64,000 bases of DNA from Botryllus schlosseri (taxonomy: Eukaryota): contig CM119371.1 in NCBI GenBank assembly GCA_051294905.1, positions 12,898,001 through 12,962,000 on the forward strand. Reading direction: 5' to 3'. The notes under the pieces were generated by a model. The model was not told where the DNA came from. It was given only the letters and a program-made list of their open reading frames with translations, and searched no databases. The position numbers and the translations under genes are program-made. This document shows, in pieces, positions 41,490 through 53,300 of the stretch (position 1 is the first letter of the stretch; each line of letters begins with the position of its first letter).

Positions 41490-43053
41490 TAGGGTTGTCC
41501 AAAATTTGGAAAATCTCAAAAAAGATGCGTATCCATGCTCATTCTGTAGATTATTGATAACAAACGTCAATGAACCTGCAATAAGCTTACAGGAAAGTCG
41601 TTAACATTTGTCTAAATGCGTTTGAAAGTAGCTGCCCTAGAGTGGGCGTGTTAGCGACCATAGAACGGCGAGAAGACTGGTAATCACGAAATCATGTCTC
41701 TTGATTGGTTAATCAACTATGCTTGAATGATCACGACCACGGCGGCTTGCTGATTATGTGCTTCTACTAGTCCAAGAAAGTACGCTAACAGCAATGATGA
41801 TTCTGTAAGCGCATTGTACGTTGGTGATTAAATAATAAAATGAGACACTTGGCCATTGAATGTTTAGTGTTAAAACTAGACAACGATAGGTTCAGAACAA
41901 CAATACCCTCTTGCAGGCATGACAGAGGTGAAACAGCGAATGCTTGTTACCTTATAGATCCCAGAAATACCTATCTGATATGATTGAGATTACGCCAAGT
42001 GGCCCTGCTTTTCTGGGTGCAGTGCAGGTAAAGTATATTAGTTATCGCCAAATTGGTGCAGCACACCATGTGAGATGGATTCTGGACACAATCCTGTATG
42101 CTCAGAAGATATGTGGGCCGACCAGATAGCTTACATTGAGACTCTAAAGAAATGTAACTACCGCACCGCTTCAATGCATTCTTTTTTATGTCCATATCTG
42201 GTTTGATTCAAGCATTAGCCGTGATGCAGCCGGTAATGATCTAAGATTTGCTGATCCTACCAGCATAGTCTATGCTTGCCTTTAGACCATTTTCCACGGC
42301 ATCATTGAGGACTTAGACAGCACTCGCGGGTATGATTCATTATGCTGCAAGAATGTGACAAGTGCCAAGCATAAATGGCTGATTCATCCAGCCCGTATAA
42401 CTTTTAAGACTTCAATTATATAGGCTACCACGACAAGATAAGATCAGACACAGTAATGTCAATGTCAAGTTATATATTTGTATTCAATCATGGAACATCC
42501 CCTCTGAAATTAGAAGTTCGTTCGCCACTTGCATAAGCGCCTTTGCAATATTTCTTCTCGTGTTTTTGTGCTTTCCCCCGATGAAAACAAGGCATGCAGG
42601 CTACAACAGTTGCCTTCACAATAAGCCATCAAGTCATGTATTTAAAGTTTTTGAGAAGCAGCTGTTCTTTGTTCATCATGTATTTCGTCACTCAACATGT
42701 TCTGAATTAATCTTAAATCATTATCTGCGGAGCAACCTACAATGCGTTAACCGAATCACCGCCGTTAGCCGACTCCTTGACCAGCTGATCAGCAAGCCGC
42801 CACCGTCGTGATCATTGAAGCATAGCAGATTAGCCAATCAAGCGCCGTGATTTCGTGATTACTAGTCTGCTTCCCGTTCTATGATCGCTGATACGCCCAC
42901 TCTACGGCAGCTACTTTCAAACGCATTTAGACAAATGTTAACGACTTTCCTGTGAGCTTATTGCAGGTTCCTTGACGTTTTTTACTTATAACCTATAAAA
43001 TGAGACATGGATACGCATCAATTTTGAGATTTTTTAAATTATGGACAACCCTA
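41490..43053. mobile_element. Non-autonomous DNA transposon with ~270 bp TIRs
   Basis: tagggttgtcca... / ...tggacaacccta; exact 8-bp TSD atctatac. Confidence 0.9.
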
Positions 43054-44337
43054 ATCTATACCTATATCTATAGGTACTGCTCGTTCAACTGGAAAGTTAG
43101 AGCTCATTGCATTGAAACAGCAGTGACGTAATCTTAGCAGTCTACTCACAACTTTCCTACAATCCTAATTGAAAACTCCAGACTATACTCCAGAGTATTT
43201 TATAAATATATCTTTTTTTTTGATAAATCGATTTCTCAATATTTTTGTGGGGGCTGCAGAAATGCTAGCTGGGGGCCGCATGAGGCCCGCGGGGCCGCGG
43301 TTGGGAATCACTGGTATATGCCTACAATTTGGAATAGTGACGTTCTTTCAATAAGGTATTGTAACCATTATTGAAGAATTGCAGCAATGTAGCACACATC
43401 ACTGCTACAATCAGCAAACAGTTACCGTGATGTGAACTACTCAATATTAACTGAGAACCATATTGTGTTCTAAGTAAATAACAATTACTGATCTGATTGG
43501 ATGCATACTGTCTTATTTGTAATCGTCTGCTTGACACACTCATTTTATTGTCACACGTCATTGCACAGTGGAACACATTACTCAAACAGCGCTTTGTGTA
43601 GTACAAGGTATATATAACTACATTGTCAAATATTCACTTAACACACGAATCTTAGTGGCATAAATTATTTGATTTTGTCTGATTCCTTTGAACGAAAACC
43701 TTCTATTTTCTATTAAATTGATCAATGTCTGATAGGCTGGTAAGAGTTACACTTTGGAATGGTCGAACCATTTGAAGATTTAATTCAACTGTATGGCTTG
43801 ACATTTATAACATGAGTGGTATTTAGAGTCGTGAGATGAATGACAGGTTGTCAGTCATAGATCATACCCGCTCAAATTAAAACACTTTCAGATGTAGAAC
43901 TGTTCTCTGATAGTTCAGTGGCTCTGAGAATAATAGGCGTTGAAGCACCGTTACAGTATTTATTAGTTCTAGAAATAATATGTCAGGGATTATAAAAATA
44001 TTCTGGAATATTACTCCTGAACTAAAAGCTTAGTTGATGACTGTTATGTCTGGCCTATGTTGGAGTTGGAATCCTGGTAAATGACATGAACATAATAAAA
44101 ACTGACTTCTTCTTGCACGGTTGATTGATGTGATTTGTTACTGAATGGTAATCGAACTTCACATGGATGATGGGACTTGTGAATTTGTGACTGTTTGCAG
44201 TTGCTGACTTGAACAGTCCAATCTTATTTTTGAGTCTCTATGTGTCATGGATATGGAGTAGATTTAACGTAATTAATTTTCTTGCATTTTCAGTATTGTA
44301 TGATGCGGTAACTATTTGATATCATGTGATAGTTATC

Positions 44338-47300
44338 ATGGCGGAAAGGCGTCAATATGAAGATTCTGATGTCGCTGATGTCCCTTCATCATCATCAAAC
44401 AAAGGTACCAGTAAAGAAATCCTGAATCATTAGCTATCTATTCATTTGATCATTATTATCAAAATGCGATACCATAATTTTCCATGTATAGGCCTATTGC
44501 ACAAATTTTTACAGTTTTTAGTCTTATGATCGGGGGGGCGCATTATGCTTGGGTATAATAAGCCTTGAAAAATATACCCCTAGAAATAAAACTTGAAATC
44601 ACACCTTTGTTCATGTTTGTTTTCAATTGAGCATGACATTCAGCCATCATGGCTAGTATTTTATATTATCAGTTATACCCCCTACCAGTAAGCGAGAAGC
44701 GTGTTGCTAATTAGCTGTAGTCGTCTGCACTGCACAACAGCACGCGATTCTCTGCGTTGGTTTGCCGATTGTAGAGGGGACTGGGTCTATTTAAGTGTAT
44801 TTTCAAGTTCGGGCAGCTGTCAATTTCATAAACTGTAAAATAAAAAAGGTGGTTGGTTGATATTTATTACATTGTATGGTGGAATTTTCGGTTGCAAATC
44901 AATTACAGGTTCAATCTGCTTACAGTAGAAAAATATCGCGATTTTTTTTACAAATTAGTATGCTCAATTTACCCTAATTTTATGGGAAAATTGAGTATAC
45001 TGTCTAAATTGCACTTGAAGCCACCCTTATCCCCATGTTATACCCGAATGAATCATTGTATGGGAGAACTGAGTATATTTACAGGTTTTTAAAAATGATA
45101 CTGGAACGAGATATGTTATATAGCTGCTTGAACAGAAACTTTTCAGAAGGAACAGCGGAACCAAATATTTCGATGTCTAATTTTCACTAATTGTTTGCAT
45201 CCAAATCAAATTTGAGAATCCCTCTTCTTTCTGAAATTGGTGCTTTCACTTTGAAAACTACTTCATTGAATGAAATAGAAAATATTCTCAACATCAATGA
45301 TTGAGGGATAGGAATATATGCAACCCGTTGGTTGGCTGCTATGTTCATATCCAACAAAAACTGATGTGTGAATGTTCCACCGCCACCCATCATATTTCCT
45401 ATCTGCCCTAGAAACTTTCTTTGTCTGTCTTGTATAACGAGCCCCACCAACTCCTTGATTCCCTCTTTCTGAACTGTTTCAACTCCCCCAAGCCCATCTC
45501 AGCACTGTATTTTGACCTCTTGAATTTTAGCTTTCATAACTTCTCTCCTTCTTAAGTCTGGTCATGCTTTCTTCTGATGTCAGCACCTCATCGGTTATGA
45601 CCAAAACAAGTAAACATGCCTCCTTTTGGCATTATGATTAGCTTAATCATTTCTGGTTTCGCTTTTCATTGCTTGAGAGACTACTGTAGTACTAGCCTGA
45701 GTCAAACTTTCCATCTCGTCACGTCAACGGATTCTTGCTGTTGGGGCTACAACTTTCTGTGTGTCGCTTTAATAAGCTTCGTTATGAGGGTTTCATAGGG
45801 ATTCCTTCCAGACTCTCTTATAACAGCTCTTTCCTGTCTTACTTTTTTGACAGCCTGATCCAATTTCTGTGGTGCATATTTAGGGGCTCACTTCTTATGA
45901 TACCTGATCATGCCTATTACTGTTTTAACTCTCTGATGTCATAACAAGATTCAAAATAGTAGGGTCGAACCTCTCTGATGATGATGCGACAAAGAACGTC
46001 CGCGTTCAATAGTATACTCAATTTACCCCAGTGGTTCTTAACCTTGCCTCCAGCGCCCCCCATCCTCCCAAGGGGCGCTGGTGATTTTTAATGCGACGGA
46101 AACGCTCAGGGGGCGATATGGGGGGCACTAGCCTCAGGGGAGAATGGAGGGCGCTGGAGAAAAATGGCTTCGCAGTAGATGAGTAGATGATGTGGTGGTC
46201 GGACATATCCTTAATGAGTAGTAAGAGCAATTTTACACCGAAAACTTCGTTATATATAGCTTACAAAAGACATATAGGTTTAATTGTCAATGGGCGCCTA
46301 AATGACTGGCACCGAATGTTCCTGTCTTGGCAATCTGAACCCCAGAAGACGAATTCCATCTGGGAGGGAAAATTATATGCCGGTGAAGAAATACCAATTT
46401 GAAATCGTGTGCGTCTTTCAGTTGTGGGCGACAGGGATATCTAAAACTAGATAGGCTATTCCTGTTGGGCGATATCCCTGGTGGGCGATTCTATATTTTT
46501 TGATATAGCAGACATGAGGTCACGAAATAACATCATGCAACGAAGTCATGCCAACGGGTTCGCCCGCCCGAATATGTTTAATTATTAGTTACGGGTCCTA
46601 CAGTTTCCAAGACACTTCACAATGTTCGCTCTAAGTTTTGATGAGTTTGCGCACACTCAACAACTCACTACGCTGACCCTTAGAAAACAGTGCGTAACGA
46701 CTAAAAAAGATCATAACTTCGGATTTGTTGTGCGCAACGTAGATTTTCCGTGCGCAGAGACCGTGTCAGCTTAGATGGAACATTGAACCTCACTCAGCTC
46801 TACCGGTAAATCTGGTAACGTGAGCAGAGTGGACAAGAAATTGATAGCAATATATATGCAATTCCCGATCTTACTGACCGATTTTATCATGAATTATCGA
46901 AAGTTTTCGCGCTTCGCACTGGCTCGCTAAACAGTACAGCTGATTCCGTGGCAAAATCGAACAACGTGATGGGGACGGTCGGGTTTTCACCCTATGGGAG
47001 CCCAAGACCCAAGTTTTTTGGGGGGCCTGACGAAGTGTCGTTTCGTTCCTGCCAACGGGTACACGTCCGAAGATGTATGATTATTATTGAGGGGTCCTAC
47101 CTTTTCAATCACAAATCACTCAGCTCTACCGGTAAATATGTTTACGTGAGCAGAGAGAGGATAAAAATTGATCTCAATATACATGCAACTCCCAATCAAA
47201 TTGACCAATTCAATCATTAATTAGTGAAATTTGTCGCGCTTGGCGCGTCTAGGCGAGAATAGCTGCCTTAGGAAATGGACACCCAATGTAGATGACTAGT

Positions 47301-50300
47301 ATCAGCAAATAGCGGATAGCCGAAGGGGGGTCTGGGGGCGAAGCCCAGCGGCGGTTGCTTCTGATTTCGCGGTCAGTTATAACTGGTACATCCCACAGAA
47401 TTTTTATCTGGTCGTTTTCTGTCACTGGTACTGGCCCAGTCAACAAAATGGGAAGCGATCGCCCGGCGTATTACGCGCATTCGATGTCAAAATGATGCTT
47501 CAAAAGAAACAATTTTCGCACTTCAGCCGCAGACTCATTAACCCTTTTGTTGCCGTTCATTAACCCTCTCGCCACCGCAGCTGACAACCGCTAGTAACCC
47601 TATCGCTACCTGAGTCATGGTTGCTTTCTGGCAGATATATTAACCTTATGTTGAAAGACATCACAATTTCACAATATGTTTTCATTGTCGTGTTAGTCAT
47701 ATTACAATCCAGCACGAGCATACATTCAAAATACCGGTCAAATACAAACAGACGGTCATATGAAATGCATAAAACGACACAGTCGAGATACAGAGAGATC
47801 TTCTTTCCTGGACCAGTTTCATACAACTATTCCTGCTCTTGAATTAAAATACAGACAATATCTGGTTTATCAAACAAGTCTGTGCCTTGGCGGGAAGAAT
47901 AGGATCAAGGCAACGCGGAGCTACCATCAGCGTCCAGCTCACTGTGTGGCACGCTAACTTGGAGTGTTTTTCTGATACTTTTTGCAGTAGGTTGTGATCA
48001 GCTGGGACAGCCAGTTCAATGAATAAGCATTCTCTTTTCTTTTTTAGTTTGACGATTATATCCGGGCGGTTGCTCCTGATTTCGCGGTCAGTTATAACTG
48101 GTACATCCCACAGAATTTTTACTTGTTCGTTTTCTGTCACTGGTGCTGGGCTGTAATCATACCAATTTTTTGTCGAAGTGGTGATGTTAAAATGTTTGCA
48201 TAATTCAAGATGAATGTAGTGACCAATCATATTGTGTCTCAACTCTCCATGTGTATTCGGTATTATTATTATATTCTTTTAATCACAGTAAAACTGGTAG
48301 ATACACACATAATCCGGGGAGCAACCTGCCCCCAAAGGAAAATGGCGAGATTGGAGTAGATTTTAAAAATTTCAGTAATACATTCAAATTGTTATTCCTA
48401 TGCAATACACGGAGAAGTCAGATTACAGAATTGCAGCAGATGAAGAATTGGCAAGGGTTACAGAGCAGAGGTAGAGATGATTGAAGATGAAGAATCGAAA
48501 TTACAGAAATTATGCTGTGATTCACAAGTGTAATTTTAGTCCAGTGGTGCATTCAAGGCCTTCCGAAGAATGTGCACAGTGCCCAATAATGTGATCTTCT
48601 GGATCATGTCGAATCGAACGTTACCCGGAATTTGTTGGATATGCCTCATGAGTTTTTTGCTCACGACCCCTGTAGCACCAATGACTATCGGTACAATGTT
48701 TATTTTGCATCGCCACATTTTCTCACATTCCATTTTGAGGTCTGCGTATTTGGAGTGTTTTTCTGATTCTTTTTGCAGTAGGTTGTGATCAGCTGGGACA
48801 GCCAGTTCAATGAATAAGCATTCTCTTTTCTTTTTTAGTTTGACGATTATATCCGGGCGGTTGCTCCTGATTTCGCGGTCAGTTATAACTGGTACATCCC
48901 ACAGAATTTTTACTTGTTCGTTTTCTGTCACTGGTGCTGGGCTGTAATCGTACCAATTTTTTGTCGAAGTGGTGATGTTAAAATGTTTGCATAACTCAAG
49001 ATGAATGTAGTGACCAATCCTATTGTGTCTCCATGTGTATTCGGTAGCTGCAAGTGCACCACAGCCGGACATGAGATGTGCTACAGTTTCATTTTGGTTG
49101 TGGCACATTCTGCATTTGCCGTCCGTGTTTTGCTTCAGAATTCTTTTCCGATAGTATTTTGTAGGAAGCGATTGGTCTTGTGCTGCGAAAATGAATCCTT
49201 CGCTTGCCGGTTTCAGGCCAGAGCTGGATAGCCAGGTCCATGAAAGCTCGTCTACATGGGGCTGTGAAGTTAACTTCTTGTGCTGTCCATGAAGAGGCAT
49301 CGATTCCCATATCGTTTCTCTCATTTTGAGCATTGCATTTTAGTACTGAACTCGTGCTGCTTTTGCTATTGTTGTGGGTTTGGCAACAGTGTTTTCAGCA
49401 GTGTACAGATTAGCTGTTTCCATGTTGACTTCTCTGACGTACTTGTCGTGACGATAGCTCAGAGATTTTGTTTTGCGCTGTTTGTCTTCCTGTGCAATGA
49501 GTATGCAGTAAATGTTTTCGCTGTTGTTGATGTACTGTGACAAGCCAATGATTTCTGTTTTGAAAGTTTGTTCAATTTCTTGTAGTCCTCGACCACCTTT
49601 TTTTCTGGGGATGTATAGTCTTTGTGTATCAGATTTTGGGTGATGCATGTGGTGCATTGTCATCAATTTTCTCGTCTTTGTATCCAATTTTTTAATTTCA
49701 TCTTTGCGCCAGTTCACCACACCAAAGTTATATTATTATTTTCTTTATTCACAGTAAAACTGGTAGATACACACATAATCCGGGGAGCAACCTGCCCCCA
49801 AAGGAAAATGGCGAGATTGAAGTAAATTTTTAAAATTTCAGTAATACATTCAAATTGTTATTCCTATGCAATACACGGAGAAGTCAGATTACAGAATTGC
49901 AGCAGATGAAGAATTGGCAAGGGTTACAGACCAGAGGTAGAGATGATTGAAGATGAAGAATCGAAATTACAGAAATTATGCTGTGATTCACAAGTGTAAT
50001 TTTAGTCTAGTGGTGCATTCAAGGCCTTCCGAAGAATGTGCACAGTGCCCAATAATGTGATCTTCTGGATCATGTCGAATCGAACGTTACCCGGAATTTG
50101 ATGGATATGCCTCATGAGTTTTTTGCTCACGACCCCTGTAGCACCAATGACTATCGGTACAATGTTTATTTTGCATCGCCACATTTTTTCACATTCCATT
50201 TTGAGGTCTGCGTATTTGGAGTGTTTTTCTGATTCTTTTTGCAGTAGGTTGTGATCAGCTGGGACAGCCAGTTCAATGAATAAGCATTCTCTTTTCTTTT

Positions 50301-53300
50301 TTAGTTTGACGATTATATCCGGGCGGTTGCTCGTGATTTCGCGGTCAGTTATAACTGGTACATCCCACAGAATTTTTACTTGTTCGTTTTCTGTCACTGG
50401 TGCTGGGCTGTAATCGTACCAATTTTTTGTCGAAGTGGTGATGTTAAAATGTTTGCATAATTCAAGATGAATGTAGTGACCAATCCTATTGTGTCTCCAT
50501 GTGTATTCGGTAGCTGCAAGTGCACCACAGCCGGACATGAGATGTGCTACAGTTTCATTTTGGTTGTGGCACATTCTGCATTTGCCGTCCGTGTTTTGCT
50601 TCAGAATTCTTTTGCGATAGTATTTTGTAGGAAGCGATTGGTCTTGTGCTGCGAAAATGAATCCTTCGCTTGCCGGTTTCAGGCCAGAGCTGGATAGCCA
50701 GGTCCATGAAAGCTCGTCTACATGGGGCTGTGAAGTTAACTTCTTGTGCTGTCCATGAAGAGGCATCGATTCCCATATCGTTTCTCTCATTTTGAGCATT
50801 GCATTTTTGTACTGAACTCGTGCTGCTTTTGCTATTGTTGTGGGTTTGGCAACAGTGTTTTCAGCAGTGTACAGGTTAGCTGTTTCCATGTTGACTTCTC
50901 TGACGTACTTGTCGTGACGATAGCTCAGAGATTTTGTTTTGCGCTGTTTGTCTTCCTGTGCAATGAGTATGCAGTAAATGTTTTCGCTGCTGTTGATGTA
51001 CTGTGACAAGCCAATGATTTCTGTTTTGAAAGTTTGTTCAATTTCTTGTAGTCCTCGACCACCTTTTTTTCTGGGGATGTACAGTCTTTGTGTATCAGAT
51101 TTTGGGTGATGCATGTGGTGCATTGTCATCAATTTTCTCGTCTTTGTATCCAATTTTTTAATTTCATCTTTGCGCCAGTTCACCACACCAAAGCTATATC
51201 TCAAGACAGGCACTGCAAGACTGTTTATGGCATTGATTTTGTTTTTGGAATTGAGTTCAGTTTTGAGAATTGACTTGAGCCTGCTAATGTATTCCTTTTT
51301 TAGACTTGATTTCATTGCAGCATGTTTAATGTTGTCGCTTTCACAGATCCCTAGATATTTATAGTGATCTTCGGCATTCAATTCTGTTATGGTTTCACCC
51401 AGTTTGAAAGTCATGTCGCCAGTGCTGGTGACTCTTCCACGTCGTATGGTAAGTTTTGAGCATTTATCCAAGCCAAATTTCATTTTTATATCTTCCGAAA
51501 ACTCATGAACAATTTTCATTTGGTTATTCAGGTCTGCATCGGATTTCGCGTACAGTTTCAGATCATCCATGAACAAAAGGTGATGAATCTTTTGACCTTC
51601 AGAGTTTGCTGCTTTTTTCATCACATATCCTGTTTCATTTTTTCTCAGCAACTCACTGAGTGGAGCTAAACTGAGGCAGAATAGAAGTGGTGAGAATGAG
51701 TCGCCTTGAAAGATACCATTCCGTATCTGAATTGTACAGGTTTCTGTTTCGCCTTGGTCATGTTTGATCAACAGTTTGGTATGCCAATTTTTCATTGAAT
51801 CTTCAATAAATCTGATGATGATCGGATTCATTTTGTACATACGCATTGTTTTCAGTATCCATGTGTGAGGGACTGAATCGAAAGCTTTTTTGTAGTCTAT
51901 CCATGCCATGCTGAGGTTAGTGTGTCTCCTCTTGCAGTTTTCAAGAATGGTTTTGTCAAGGAGCAGGTGGTCCTTACAGCCAAGGGCACCTTCCTTGCAT
52001 CCTTTCTGCTCAGGCGGAAGAAGGTTTTCTAGGTGTTTGTAGCTTCGTTTTGCCAGGATTTTGGTCAGTGTTTTGTACATGGTTGTCAGGCATGTTATCG
52101 GCCTGTAGTTCTTGGGGTCCCTGGTGTTTTCATTTTTTGGAATAAGATAGGTGATCCCTTGTGTGAACCAGGCTGGGATCTCGTGCGAGTTGGTTGAGGA
52201 TAAAAGCTCATTGTAGGTCGCCGCTAGGTAATTATGTGTTGCAGTTAGTTTTTTTAGCCAAAAGTTTTTGATCTGGTCAGGACCAGCTGCTTTCCAGTTC
52301 AGTGAACTTTTTAGGGCCTCCTTGATTTCTTGTTTTGTGATTTCTGACCATTGTTGTTCTGGTGTTTGTAGGTGGTCAGTGTGGAGGTCTTGTATCCAAG
52401 TTGCATTTGAGTTGTGCAATTTTTCGGTTTCCCATATTTCCTTCCAAAATGATTCCAGTTCTGCAGTGGCTGGAATTTTGCTGCTGGTAATTTTGTGGTT
52501 TGACTTTTGTTTCATCATTCGGAAAAATTGGCCAGGTTTGCGAGTAAATAACAAGTTTTGGCGATATTGTGTTTCACGTTTTTTATATCGTTTCAATCGT
52601 TGTGCTTTGGCGCATATTCTCATTTTCAATTCCTCTTGCAACATTGTCACTTTTTCTGTTGACTGCAGTTTTGTTTGGTGCTCCAGTTCTATTTTTTTAC
52701 TTTATTTTTTACTTTGCGGGAAACATTTCCTTTTTTTAGTTCCGAGAGTATCGCAACATCACACCTTAGTTTTGCGATTTTGTTTTCAATTCTGCGTTGC
52801 CAAGCTGGCGTATGGCTTCCCCTTTTTTTGTTGACAGGTCTTGGTATTTTGCAGTGCCTTTCTGAGATAACTGCCGCAGTGCTGTAAATGAGGTTGTTGA
52901 TTATCGTTAAGGGACATTGTGGTCTTTCTCCTTTTTTGTCATTTATTGCAGGTAGTATGGTTTCTGTCAAAATTTTGTTCGCTACTGCAATATCAGTTTT
53001 CAGTTTCTTTGTAATTTGTAGGTCAGGTAAATTCACTCTGTCATTTATATCCAATGTGGAGTTCATTCGGTCGATAATTTGATTTTTGATCTCCAATTCT
53101 AATTCTGTGTCCATGTCATCAACGTTAGGTGATGTTGGTTCATTCGGGTGCCCGATGGTGTTTTGTGATTCTACCTCTGGGATGTTCAGGTCGTCAAGTG
53201 GTTGTTGCGGATACAGGTCATCTTGGCCGAATTGAAGTTCTAGTGCCTCAGAGTTTTCTGTGTTTTTGTCACAAATTTCGCTCTCGATTTCTGCGAGTTC

